A stretch of 64,000 bases of DNA from a virus (Duplodnaviria > Caudoviricetes), in IMG/VR virus record IMGVR_UViG_3300049988_000245, positions 128,001 to 192,000 of that record; one strand, given 5' to 3'. Positions within the stretch are counted from its first letter, which is position 1; each line of letters begins with the position of its first letter. Made by a program: the position numbers and the translations under genes. This document shows positions 24,232 through 33,667 of the stretch, piece by piece. The notes beneath the pieces are model-generated. The model was given only the letters and a program-made list of their open reading frames with translations, had not been told where the DNA came from and ran no database searches.

Positions 24232-26115
24232 TCACATTCCAATAAATTGCTTGCGATCGTCCGACCGCTTGTCGTTGAACAGAAGGTCCAGCGACTCCTT
24301 CAGCATACCATCGTCAATGATCGGTTGCACCTTCGGCGTGGCCAGGGCGTAGCGCCAATCGTCCCGCTTCAGCGCGGCCAACCCCTTCGCGCGAGTGATG
24401 TCCCAGCCCTTATGCGCATCACCATCGAAGGTGTCGTAATTGTCGTTGAACCAGTATTTGCGCGTCTTTCCCTTGACTGCGATGATCAACGGGGTATCGA
24501 AGATGTAGATGAACGGCTCCTGCTTGGGATCGAACAGATCAGGCCAAAGAGTGTAGAAGAAATTCACTAGAAGGGCTGCAATATTCTTGCCATCCTCGTC
24601 CGCGTCCGTGGCGAAGTAGACCTTGCCGTACCGCAGGGTGTGACGGTTGACCCGCTGGCCCGGCACGAGACCGATCGACTGCATGATCTTGCGGAGCGCT
24701 TCGTTCTCCCAGACCGTCTTGTGTGACTTTCCGAACACGTTCAGAACCTTTCCCCGCAGGGGTAGGCCGCCGTGGATATCGGCGTCTCGGGCCTCGACCA
24801 TGCCGGAGATCGCGCTCTTGCCCTCACCGAGGAAGAGTACGCACTTCTGCCGGTTAATCCCGGAGGCGTCCTCAAGGTCTTCCACCTTGGTGCGGGAACT
24901 CTTCTTGGCGAGCTTGGCCGCGTCGGCGTTGTCCTTCTTCTGGGTCCGCTCGGCGCAGCGCGTATAGACCTCTTCGATCCAGTCGGCGTTGTTCTTGATG
25001 ACCTTCTTGAAAAACTCTGGCTCGGCCAGGGCGCGTTCGACGGTCTTGGCGGATTCCTCATTGATCAACCGGGTCTTGTTCTGGGAATCGAACTTCGGCG
25101 CGTTCATCTCGGTGATGTTGAACACGAGCAGGCCATCGGCGATGTCCGAGCGATTTGGCGTCAGGCGGCGCTTCTTCGACACCGGGGCGAGCGCGTCGAT
25201 CAGGCCGGAGAAGAACTTGCGCTTAAATGCGTCCACGTGGGTTCCGCCGTTGAACGTCGGAATCGCATTCACCAGGGTGTGGCTCATCTCGGAACCATCC
25301 TGGGTGAAGTTCGGCACCAGCCAGAATTGCGAGATAAAGCCGGGTTCACGTACCGTGAAGGCGATCGGCTTGGTGTCCGGGAACACCGTGCGCTCCACCG
25401 TCCCGGCGGTCTCCACCCGCTTACCGTTGTAGTAGACGCGAAGCTGGGGGTAGCACAGAGCCACGTCGAACACGCGGGCACGCACGAACGGCTCGGGCAG
25501 GTCCATCCGGGGGAACACCTTGGAGGACAGCTTGAACTCCACGCGGGTCCCCGTGGGGGCGTTCTTCTTCGCGGGGAGAATCATCGCGTCTTCGATCACC
25601 AGCTTGTCTCCACCGTCGCTGAACCGTTGGGTGAAGCTCTTCTTGTCCCTGGTAATGTCGAGTTGGAAGTACTCCGAGCACATGTTGACGATCGACGCGC
25701 CGATGCCGTTCATACCACGTGAGTTGCCACGATCCTCAAAGTTGCGGCCCGCCTTGGTCTCTGACAGGAGAACTGTTGCCGCATACTGCTGCTCTTCTTC
25801 GTCGAAGTTGATCGGGATTCCCCGGCCGTTGTCGGTGATCGAGAAGATCATGTTCTTCAGGTCGTACGTAATATCGACCCGATCGCCGTGCCCGTGCGTG
25901 ACAATCTCGTCGAGCGCATTGTCGAGCACTTCGCGGAATGCCGTGAACACCGCTGGAATCCACGTATGCGTCTGGATTACCGGCTTTCCGCCCTCGTAAC
26001 CAAGCACCGTTTGGGTGTGTTCGTCACGTGAGCCGAAATACATCTCGTTGTTGTTGCGGGCATGCTGGAAGTCGTTAAGCTTCTTCCATTCCTTTTTTAC
26101 GACCATTTGAATCAC
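24232..26115 (-). CDS. Type IIA DNA topoisomerase, B subunit (GyrB/ParE-like, T4 gp39+60-type)
   Basis: EVLDNALDE, DNGRGIP, GMNGIGA GHKL motifs; GEGKSA, PLRGKVLN, DADEDG TOPRIM. Confidence 0.93.
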   Translation of the reverse strand: MIQMVVKKEWKKLNDFQHARNNNEMYFGSRDEHTQTVLGYEGGKPVIQTHTWIPAVFTAFREVLDNALDEIVTHGHGDRVDITYDLKNMIFSITDNGRGIPINFDEEEQQYAATVLLSETKAGRNFEDRGNSRGMNGIGASIVNMCSEYFQLDITRDKKSFTQRFSDGGDKLVIEDAMILPAKKNAPTGTRVEFKLSSKVFPRMDLPEPFVRARVFDVALCYPQLRVYYNGKRVETAGTVERTVFPDTKPIAFTVREPGFISQFWLVPNFTQDGSEMSHTLVNAIPTFNGGTHVDAFKRKFFSGLIDALAPVSKKRRLTPNRSDIADGLLVFNITEMNAPKFDSQNKTRLINEESAKTVERALAEPEFFKKVIKNNADWIEEVYTRCAERTQKKDNADAAKLAKKSSRTKVEDLEDASGINRQKCVLFLGEGKSAISGMVEARDADIHGGLPLRGKVLNVFGKSHKTVWENEALRKIMQSIGLVPGQRVNRHTLRYGKVYFATDADEDGKNIAALLVNFFYTLWPDLFDPKQEPFIYIFDTPLIIAVKGKTRKYWFNDNYDTFDGDAHKGWDITRAKGLAALKRDDWRYALATPKVQPIIDDGMLKESLDLLFNDKRSDDRKQFIGM

Positions 26116-26162
26116 TTCACCTAAAACGCTAAATATAAAACCATTTATTTTGGAGTACTAAA

Positions 26163-26708
26163 ATGCTCAGCACACTCTATAGCGTCACGATCGCTGGCGT
26201 CAACAATGCTGCACCGGCCGATGGATTCATCGATTACACGACGATTGAGCAGTACATGGCTCAGGGTTCGATTCCGACCACGTATGCGCAGACCACCGCT
26301 AAGGAACGCGCGAATATTCGCTTCAAGTTCCTTCAACAGCAGATTCAGAACGAAGCCAACGTCTACCTGACTAACTTCGTTGCCGCTGGCGGTTCGTCCA
26401 CCGCTGCCCCGTCGAGCTTTACCTTCACGGCCGAGGTCGAGCGTGGTGATTCCGTTCTGTTCACCCGCGACGAGACCAACAACAATGCCGAGATGACCGG
26501 CATGGACGCGCTGACTCGCTGGATCGCTCGTGCGCTGATCGAGTCCCGCACGACCATCTCGGACGTGTACGACCCCACCAAGGAGACCACACCGGGTAAC
26601 TCCACTCCGGCGGCTCGTTTTGGTGTTCGCGAGACCTCAATCACCGTTGGCAAGCTGTATTCTAATTTGACCACAGCCACTGCGGCGATTACGGTTACCA
26701 AGCTTTAA
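26163..26708 (+). CDS. Thr/Ala-rich late protein, possible virion component
   Basis: TAAATA at 26130-26135, GGAG SD, biased codons. Confidence 0.55.
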   Translation: MLSTLYSVTIAGVNNAAPADGFIDYTTIEQYMAQGSIPTTYAQTTAKERANIRFKFLQQQIQNEANVYLTNFVAAGGSSTAAPSSFTFTAEVERGDSVLFTRDETNNNAEMTGMDALTRWIARALIESRTTISDVYDPTKETTPGNSTPAARFGVRETSITVGKLYSNLTTATAAITVTKL

Positions 26709-26739
26709 TTTTCACGAATTATTTTAGAGGTATTTTTTG

Positions 26740-27603
26740 ATGCAAGATTTGGATCACAAGCATCTTATCGTAACGGCAACTCTTCGTAACCCGCCCCGGA
26801 CTGCTGAAGCCGTAGACGACTGGATGCGTCGTGTCGTTGATGCTGTCAACATGAAGATTCTTTTCGGGCCGCATGTGATTCGATGCGACACTCCCGGAAA
26901 TGAGGGTGTTACAGGAATCGTCTGTATCGAAACCAGTCATGCCTCAATTCATGTTTGGGATACTTTGGAAGTTCCGTTTCTCAAGTTCGATATCTATTCG
27001 TGCATGCGCTTCGATCCAACCGTGGTCACCGACCTAATCAAAGAGTTCGATCCCTATTACATCCGATCGATGATGCTCGATCGAAACGAAGAGATCAAGA
27101 TCGTAGCAACACACGACGAACAGGTGGCAAGCATTATCGAGATGATGCCGGACGACCTGAGACAGGCATATCTAGAATCGCAGCGCGTTTCTCGTGTTGA
27201 AAATACGGACATTCAGAAGAAAGCCCGGACCGCTTATAATCGATTGGCCTCTAAGTTTTCACTTAAGGCAATTCTTCGTCAGCGGAAGTACGTTGCCGAG
27301 CATCGGTCTACGATCAATTGCATCCGGGCTCGTGCAAAGTTGAAAAATCTTGCCTTCGATCTTGATATCGGATGGTATAATTCGGCACTCGAAGAAGCTC
27401 AGAAGCGATGGCCAAAGCTTATCACGCATGCATCGGAGGATGTTTTCTGGCGAGCCGAAGTTGATCGAATCGATTCCAAGCAGGGGTACACAAAGGACAA
27501 CTGTCGCATTATTCCGGGAGCCCTCAACAAGGCAAAGTGGAATTGGACGCAAGCTGAACTTGGCCTCCTGATTAGTCTTTTGAACGAGGAATTTTCGCGG
27601 TGA
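26740..27603 (+). CDS. speD: S-adenosylmethionine decarboxylase fused to a C-terminal HNH-like (His-Me finger) domain
   Basis: HKHLIV, GVTGIVCIETSHASIHVW, FDIYSC; C-terminal VDRIDSKQGYTKDNCRIIPGALNKAK. Confidence 0.75.
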   Translation: MQDLDHKHLIVTATLRNPPRTAEAVDDWMRRVVDAVNMKILFGPHVIRCDTPGNEGVTGIVCIETSHASIHVWDTLEVPFLKFDIYSCMRFDPTVVTDLIKEFDPYYIRSMMLDRNEEIKIVATHDEQVASIIEMMPDDLRQAYLESQRVSRVENTDIQKKARTAYNRLASKFSLKAILRQRKYVAEHRSTINCIRARAKLKNLAFDLDIGWYNSALEEAQKRWPKLITHASEDVFWRAEVDRIDSKQGYTKDNCRIIPGALNKAKWNWTQAELGLLISLLNEEFSR

Positions 27604-28961
27604 AACTGATCGGAGCCGTACTTACGCTCCTTGTCGCCCTGATGATCGAGATCGTTGCCGGATACTTCTCCGTCATCGGTCTCGCCGCGTTGTTTGCCGC
27701 TGCGTTCTGGCCTGTCGTCATCATGGGCGGTACGCTGGAGGCGGGCAAGCTCGTGGCCGCCACGTGGCTCAAGGCGAATCTAAAGAACCCGAACGTCGCG
27801 GCCATCCATAAGGGGTTCCTGCTCGTGGCGATTCTCGCGCTCATGGCGATCACATCGCTTGGAATCTACGGATATCTGGCCAAGGCCCATTTGGAGCAGG
27901 AGGCCAACCTTCCGGCGATCGAGCTTCAAATCAAGCAGTCCGAGACACGCATCGCCCAGGCGGATGCCGAACGTCTGCGCCAGGAAGCCCGCCTGGGTCA
28001 GTTGGACCAGAGCGTGTCCGTTCTGCTGTCCAACGCGACCAACGCCAAGGACGCCCGTTCTGCGAACCTCGCGCGTGATGCACAGCGCCGCGACCGCGCG
28101 GACATCCAGAAGCAGATCACCGCGCTCAATCGGGAGGTGAACACCCTGAACGAGGCCCTGGTGCCGCTGCGTCTGAAGGTGTCGGACGTGTCGGCCAAGC
28201 TCGGTCCGGTTAAGTACGTGGCCTCGTTGTTCGGCTGGAAAGACCCGAACTCGGCCGTCCAATTGGTGATCCTCCTGATCATGATCGCGTTCGATCCGCT
28301 CGCCGTCGTCATGGTGCTGTCCGGTACCCTGTCGCTGTCCGAAGCGGTCCGCGAGATGTCGGAGAAGCGAGAGAAGCGCCGCCGCGAGAAGGCCACCAAA
28401 GTAACGGAACTTCCTAAGGGTGAAACCCTGGGGGACCTCGACTTCTTCACGAAAAGACCTGCGATCTCGGTGCCGATCCCGGAGTCGTATTTCAAGCTGG
28501 GCGAGGAAGAACCTCTGGTGACCAGCGTGGATGAGATTCTGGCCCGCCAGAAGCGCGATAAGAAGGCCAAGGAAGACAGCGCCGCCGCCGCCCTACTCCG
28601 TCAGGATGGAGTTGCCTCGAACCTCTCACCGGTCTCCCCTGAGCCCGCAAAGGGCGTTCCTGTGTTTATGTTTGACCCCAACGAGCAGGCGTCGTCCGAG
28701 CCCGCGCCGTCGCCGGTCATCACCCAGACGGTCGAGGTGGAACAGCTACAGCGTGTCCACGAGGACAATGCCCGTCTTACCCGTGCGCTCGACGAGCAGA
28801 ACGCCACATTCGAGGCACTTCAGGCGGAAATTGCCCGTCTTAAGGCGCTGCCAGTCGAGAAAGAAAAATTGACCGATGAACCTAAAACCGAGATGATCGA
28901 ACCTGTGACATCGGCCGGTTTCAACGATTTTATCGACTCACGTATTCAGCCGAGTAAATAA
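27600..28961 (+). CDS. Membrane-anchored coiled-coil protein
   Basis: Three N-terminal TM helices, long coiled coil, further TM segment, acidic tail. Confidence 0.7.
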   Translation: MKLIGAVLTLLVALMIEIVAGYFSVIGLAALFAAAFWPVVIMGGTLEAGKLVAATWLKANLKNPNVAAIHKGFLLVAILALMAITSLGIYGYLAKAHLEQEANLPAIELQIKQSETRIAQADAERLRQEARLGQLDQSVSVLLSNATNAKDARSANLARDAQRRDRADIQKQITALNREVNTLNEALVPLRLKVSDVSAKLGPVKYVASLFGWKDPNSAVQLVILLIMIAFDPLAVVMVLSGTLSLSEAVREMSEKREKRRREKATKVTELPKGETLGDLDFFTKRPAISVPIPESYFKLGEEEPLVTSVDEILARQKRDKKAKEDSAAAALLRQDGVASNLSPVSPEPAKGVPVFMFDPNEQASSEPAPSPVITQTVEVEQLQRVHEDNARLTRALDEQNATFEALQAEIARLKALPVEKEKLTDEPKTEMIEPVTSAGFNDFIDSRIQPSK

Positions 28962-28986
28962 TAGACGGCTTTAAGAGGACCCTATT

Positions 28987-30294
28987 GTGTCTGAACTCGA
29001 TTCAAACCTGTTTTGCTCATTCTGCACTAAGCCATCCACCGAGGTGAAGAAGCTTATCGCTGGTGATGCCGTCTATATTTGCGACGAATGCATTGATCTT
29101 TGCCACGGAATTCTTCATGAGGCTCCGGTGGAGAAGCGTGAATCTGGGTCCAAGTCGGTTGGATCATCCAAAAAGGTCGAGGAGGAAGAGGAAGAGGAAG
29201 TTCCGACGCCGCGTTCGATCAAGGCTCATCTGGATCAGTACATCATCGGTCAGGACGTGGCAAAGACCGCCGTCGCCGTCGCGGTGTACAACCACTATAA
29301 GCGGCTGGCCAACCCGATCGTCGATGAGGTGGAGTTGGAGAAGTCCAACATCCTACTCCTCGGACCGACCGGCTGCGGTAAGACGCTGATTGCGCAGTCC
29401 ATCGCCCGCCTGCTCGACGTGCCGTTCGCGATTGCCGACTGCACCGCACTGACCGAAGCCGGATACGTCGGCGACGACGTGGAATCGGTCATCACCAAGC
29501 TGCTCCAGAACGCCGATTACGACGTGGAGAAGGCTCAGCGGGGCATCGTCTATTTGGACGAGATCGACAAGAAGGCCCGCCGGGGCGAGACCGCATCGGG
29601 ATCGCGCGACGTGTCCGGTGAGGGCGTGCAGCAATCCTTGCTGAAGCTCCTCGAAGGTTCCGACATCATGGTGCCTGCGGCGGGTGGGCGGAAGTCCGCC
29701 ACCGGAGAGATGTACAAGGTCAACACCAAGAACATCCTCTTCATCTGCGGCGGCGCATTCGTGGGGATCGACAAGATCATCGAACAGGAACTCAACAAGG
29801 GTTCGGGTCAAATTGGATTCGGTGCCAAGTCGGTTGGCAAGAGCAAGATCGAGGTTTCCGCGCTGTTCAAGATGGTTGAGCCTGAGCATGTGGCCAAGTA
29901 TGGACTCATCCCTGAGCTTGTTGGGCGTCTACCGATTCTCGCGCCTCTCCATGAACTCACCGAGGATCAGCTTGTTCACGTGCTGACCGAGCCCCGCAAC
30001 GCGGTGACGAAGCAGTTCGAGAAGCTGTTCAAGCTCGACGGGGTCGAACTCACCTTCACCACGGACGCACTCCAGGCGGTGGCGAATCTCGCGCGCAAGC
30101 GTAAGACGGGTGCCCGTGGCCTGCGCGGGGTTATCGAACAGTATCTGATCTCGCTCCAATTTGATCTTCCGGACCTTGCCAAGGACGGTGTAACCGGTGT
30201 GATCATCGACGAGAAGGTGATCCGATCTGGCGGCACCCCCGAGTTGATCCGTGCGGTTATCGAGACCCCCGCAACCCCCGCCACAGGAGAGTAA
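28987..30294 (+). CDS. clpX: ATP-dependent Clp protease ATPase ClpX
   Basis: CSFC..CDECIDLC zinc domain, GPTGCGKT, GYVG, YLDEIDK, RDVSGEGVQQ, IGF loop, GARGLR. Confidence 0.95.
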   Translation: MSELDSNLFCSFCTKPSTEVKKLIAGDAVYICDECIDLCHGILHEAPVEKRESGSKSVGSSKKVEEEEEEEVPTPRSIKAHLDQYIIGQDVAKTAVAVAVYNHYKRLANPIVDEVELEKSNILLLGPTGCGKTLIAQSIARLLDVPFAIADCTALTEAGYVGDDVESVITKLLQNADYDVEKAQRGIVYLDEIDKKARRGETASGSRDVSGEGVQQSLLKLLEGSDIMVPAAGGRKSATGEMYKVNTKNILFICGGAFVGIDKIIEQELNKGSGQIGFGAKSVGKSKIEVSALFKMVEPEHVAKYGLIPELVGRLPILAPLHELTEDQLVHVLTEPRNAVTKQFEKLFKLDGVELTFTTDALQAVANLARKRKTGARGLRGVIEQYLISLQFDLPDLAKDGVTGVIIDEKVIRSGGTPELIRAVIETPATPATGE

Positions 30295-30343
30295 GTTGGC
30301 TTTTACCTATCTGGTCGAGCGGCGCGTACAGCCGCTCGAATCG

Positions 30344-30577
30344 ATGAACCAAGGTGATGCCCATGAGGTGTCGTTCGAGATTCATCGGGATGACCTGTAC
30401 ACACCCGACGCTCCGGTCCTCTCCGGTGTGGTGGACTGGCAGGATGGGGTGAATTTCTACTATCAGCAGTTCATCGATCCGGGCGAATTCACCGAGATCA
30501 TGGCGTGCGCATTCGAGGCGGTCAAAGAAGCCCGAATTATGATTGGCGAAAGATGGTGCCAGTCCGAACCAAAGTAA
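30344..30577 (+). CDS. Hypothetical protein (start uncertain)
   Basis: In-frame part of ORF 30251-30577. Confidence 0.4.
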   Translation: MNQGDAHEVSFEIHRDDLYTPDAPVLSGVVDWQDGVNFYYQQFIDPGEFTEIMACAFEAVKEARIMIGERWCQSEPK

Positions 30578-30653
30578 TATTGCGAGATTCTCACAATAAT
30601 ACTAAGATAAAATCGTCAACATTCTTTTGAATTTACTGGAGTTTCATTTTTAA

Positions 30654-30890
30654 ATGTCTGATAAGCACCGTAACGGCCCGTTCGAAAACAAGCGTGGCCT
30701 CTGCGTCGAAGTCCGTAACAACTCGATCGAAGGCGCCATCCGTCTGCTCGGCCGCAAGGTCAAGCAGGAGGGCCTGATTCGTGAAGTCCGCCGCCGTCAG
30801 TACTACGAGAAGCCCTCTGTGATTCGTTGCCGCCGCGACGCGGAAGCAATCATTCGTCGCAAGAAGGCCGATTCGCGCCGCGATCAGTGA
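30654..30890 (+). CDS. rpsU: 30S ribosomal protein bS21
   Basis: VEVRNNSIEGAIRLLGRKVKQEGLIREVRRRQYYEKPS. Confidence 0.9.
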   Translation: MSDKHRNGPFENKRGLCVEVRNNSIEGAIRLLGRKVKQEGLIREVRRRQYYEKPSVIRCRRDAEAIIRRKKADSRRDQ

Positions 30891-30904
30891 CGCCCGGTCC
30901 ACTT

Positions 30905-31231
30905 ATGGACGCAAAGATCGCCCGCCGTCTCTGGCGGGCGGTTGTGTTTATGGAGGGGAACGTCGCGTACCTCGTCCAGCAGGGTGATTACGCCCGCGTT
31001 CCGCTCCCACCCTACTCCACCGACCTCGACGAGTCCCACCGCGTAGTCCGGTATATGCAGTCGAAGGGTTTCTACGCCCGGATTCGTCATGATCCGGAGA
31101 CGGGTGAGTACCGTGCGTGCTTTACCCTACAGGATGATCGTGTGTACGTGTGGAGCAAGGCCCGGATCATGCCTATGGCGATCTGTCTGGCCGCGCTCGC
31201 GGCTTTCGACGGGTCGAACGTCACTAAATAG
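30905..31231 (+). CDS. Phage ABA-sandwich-like small protein
   Basis: PPYSTDLDESHRVV ... PMAICLAALAA pattern. Confidence 0.55.
   Translation: MDAKIARRLWRAVVFMEGNVAYLVQQGDYARVPLPPYSTDLDESHRVVRYMQSKGFYARIRHDPETGEYRACFTLQDDRVYVWSKARIMPMAICLAALAAFDGSNVTK
31225..31230 (+). promoter_or_regulatory. T4-like late promoter core, 5 nt before ATG
   Basis: TAAATA-GACCC-ATG(31236). Confidence 0.6.
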
Positions 31232-31235
31232 ACCC

Positions 31236-31838
31236 ATGCGATATCACGAATTTTCCTCCCCCGAGATCGACGAAGCCTTCATCGACCTGGGCCGGAACGA
31301 CCCCGCCACGCTGATCAAGGGTCAGTCTCTCGACCCCAATGAGGAAGAGAACTTCCATCGTGTTGATTCTCGGACGTTCTTCCGGGTGATTTCCCGGCTG
31401 CGGCAGAACGATTTCAAGCGCCTCAACGCGAATCTCCCTTCGAAGGGTCTGCACACGCTGAGCGTCTATCCGCTCAATGACTACGCGGGGATGGATTGCT
31501 TCATCGGAAAGAACAACTCCTCGGGATTCGCTCTGCATGATGGCGAACTCGTCTCGGTGTTCTCGACCCAGCGTAGCTCGGGTGACGCGATTGTGTCCTC
31601 AGCGGTCAAGAACGGCGCCAAGCGCCTCGACTGCTTCGCGATTCGTCAGAACGGTAAGATCACCGGGCCGCTCTATCGGCTGTATTCCCGCCACGGCTTT
31701 GTGGTGGACAGTGAGAACAACTCGGGCACTCCGGGGGAGCCCTACGCGACCGTTGCGGGCGTCTCGGATTTCGTCAACGACGCCGGGGAGGTTGAACCTC
31801 ATAACCCCGCCGTCGTCGTGTTCATGAAGCGCCGCTAA
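31236..31838 (+). CDS. GNAT-like domain protein with capsid-targeting-like N-terminus
   Basis: MRYHEF...IDE; GELVSVFS...GAKRLDCF...LYRLYSRHGF resembles degenerate GNAT domains; inferred. Confidence 0.55.
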   Translation: MRYHEFSSPEIDEAFIDLGRNDPATLIKGQSLDPNEEENFHRVDSRTFFRVISRLRQNDFKRLNANLPSKGLHTLSVYPLNDYAGMDCFIGKNNSSGFALHDGELVSVFSTQRSSGDAIVSSAVKNGAKRLDCFAIRQNGKITGPLYRLYSRHGFVVDSENNSGTPGEPYATVAGVSDFVNDAGEVEPHNPAVVVFMKRR

Positions 31839-32563
31839 TTCGATTTGATCATCGCGGTGGCCTCGTTCAAGGCGAGTTGCAGGCGGGCGAACCCCCTGTG
31901 GTTCTTCGTCAGATTGGCGTTCAGATAGAGCCGCTTGTGGACCTCGAACATCATCGCCGACAGGCCCGAATAACCCCGCATCCCCGTGGGGACCATCGTG
32001 CCCTCGTACGGGGTGTTCACATTGACCGAGTAGCCGTGGCGCTCGAACACCGCTCGGGCCTCATCGACCATCCAGCCCTGTGTATGATCGGGGTCAGTAC
32101 CCAGGCAGATGTCCGGTCGGTCCGAGTGAAGTCCACTAGAACCGGCCTGCTCGTCCGAATAGCTGTGCATATCGATCAGAAGCACTTCCGAGATCGGAAG
32201 GGTCATCGAGATGGATTGTGACAGCCACTTATGATGAGCCCGATAGTGTAGCAGGGCGATGTTTTTCGCGGCTGAATTCGGATCGCGCAGAGTTCGACCG
32301 TTGTGGGTCTTCTCATAGAATACACCCTGGCCACGTTCTGTCAGGGGATCGTCCTCGAATCGCTCGACATCACAGAACACCCGCGAATACGGGAAAATGA
32401 TCTGCTCGTCTGCCTCGGTCAGGAGTTCGTCGGTGAACCAGTCGGTCACCACGCGCATCTCTGCGCGGGCTCGATCCATTTCGTCCCGAGAGAACATCCT
32501 ACGCATATCGGGCGGGCATTCTGTCGAGCAATGCGGGATGTGGGTGATCACGTAGGTTGGCAT
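31835..32563 (-). CDS. N-formylglutamate amidohydrolase family protein
   Basis: HIPH, TDWFTDEL, SRVFCDVER, IDMHSY, DICLGTD, NTPYEG, MFEV. Confidence 0.85.
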   Translation of the reverse strand: MPTYVITHIPHCSTECPPDMRRMFSRDEMDRARAEMRVVTDWFTDELLTEADEQIIFPYSRVFCDVERFEDDPLTERGQGVFYEKTHNGRTLRDPNSAAKNIALLHYRAHHKWLSQSISMTLPISEVLLIDMHSYSDEQAGSSGLHSDRPDICLGTDPDHTQGWMVDEARAVFERHGYSVNVNTPYEGTMVPTGMRGYSGLSAMMFEVHKRLYLNANLTKNHRGFARLQLALNEATAMIKSN

Positions 32564-32759
32564 GCTTCACCAGATACATGGATTCGAGAGAAAATCAACA
32601 TCGTTTTATTGCATCGGTGAGGCGTTAACCATTATCCTATGGGGACGGAAAATTTTGATTCCCCTAAAATGGATTCCGTGTAATCTTGAACCAGTGGCAC
32701 GGTAAACGTATCTCACCGACGCTGCGGTGTTTTGGCCTCGCATTTTAAAGGATATCACC

Positions 32760-33614
32760 ATGCGCATTCGGCGCACCAGTCTGACGATCGCCCTTTTGGC
32801 GAGCACCGCACTCTCCCTTGGCGCCTGCGATAACACGCCGGAGCAGCCGAAGACCGAGACGGTCAATCAGGAGGAAATCCTCTTCAAGAACGTCGATGAG
32901 TGCAAGGCCGGTGGTCAGTTCGACGCCGACCAGTGCGAGGCCCTGGCGAAGAACGCGCAGGAAGAGCACGCCAAGACTGCCCCGAAGTTCAATTCCCGCG
33001 AAGCCTGCGAGGCTGAGTACGGCGCGGGCAAGTGCGGCGGTGTCCAGAACCAGCAGGGCGGCTCCAGCGGCTCCCAGATGTCCTACACGCCGATCCTGGC
33101 GGGCTTCCTGATCGGTGCGGCCGGTGCGATGGCTGCGGCGCACGTGGTCAACGGGATGAACCGCAACAACACCCCGGCGTATCAGCCGCGCCCGCGCCCG
33201 GTGTACGAGACCACCCTGAGGGATCGCCGCCCCGGACAGACTAGCTACGCGTCCGGTGGCACCACCGTGGGCACGATGATGCAGAACGGCCGGGTGCAGA
33301 CCCAAGTGACCCGACCGGCCCCGCCGTCGAGCGGTGGAGGCTTCTGGAACAACCGCCAGACCCCCACGAGCCCGAGTAGCGGCAGCGGGGTCAATTCGAA
33401 CGCCCGTACGCCCGTGAGCCCTACCGGTCCTCGCATCCAGCAGACTGCCCCGGCGGCTCCGGCGGTGGCTCCGAAGCCAAGCTGGAGTGCACCCAAGGTG
33501 ACGCCGACCTCGCCGACCATGTCCGCACCGACTTCGCGTCCCTTCGGTGGGTCATCTCGCCCCAGCAGCAGCGGGTTCAGTGGTGGTCGAGGCGGTGGAG
33601 GCGGGTTCAGTTAA
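32760..33614 (+). CDS. DUF1190/YgiB-like lipoprotein with Pro/Ser/Gly-rich tail
   Basis: Lipobox LSLGAC; FKNVDEC...APKFNSREACEAEYG.G.C; directly upstream of the Gsp synthase gene. Confidence 0.75.
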   Translation: MRIRRTSLTIALLASTALSLGACDNTPEQPKTETVNQEEILFKNVDECKAGGQFDADQCEALAKNAQEEHAKTAPKFNSREACEAEYGAGKCGGVQNQQGGSSGSQMSYTPILAGFLIGAAGAMAAAHVVNGMNRNNTPAYQPRPRPVYETTLRDRRPGQTSYASGGTTVGTMMQNGRVQTQVTRPAPPSSGGGFWNNRQTPTSPSSGSGVNSNARTPVSPTGPRIQQTAPAAPAVAPKPSWSAPKVTPTSPTMSAPTSRPFGGSSRPSSSGFSGGRGGGGGFS

Positions 33615-33667
33615 CCAATTCTGAGACGGGTCCTTTTATCACGCCTATATTCTGGTAAGGTCGATCT

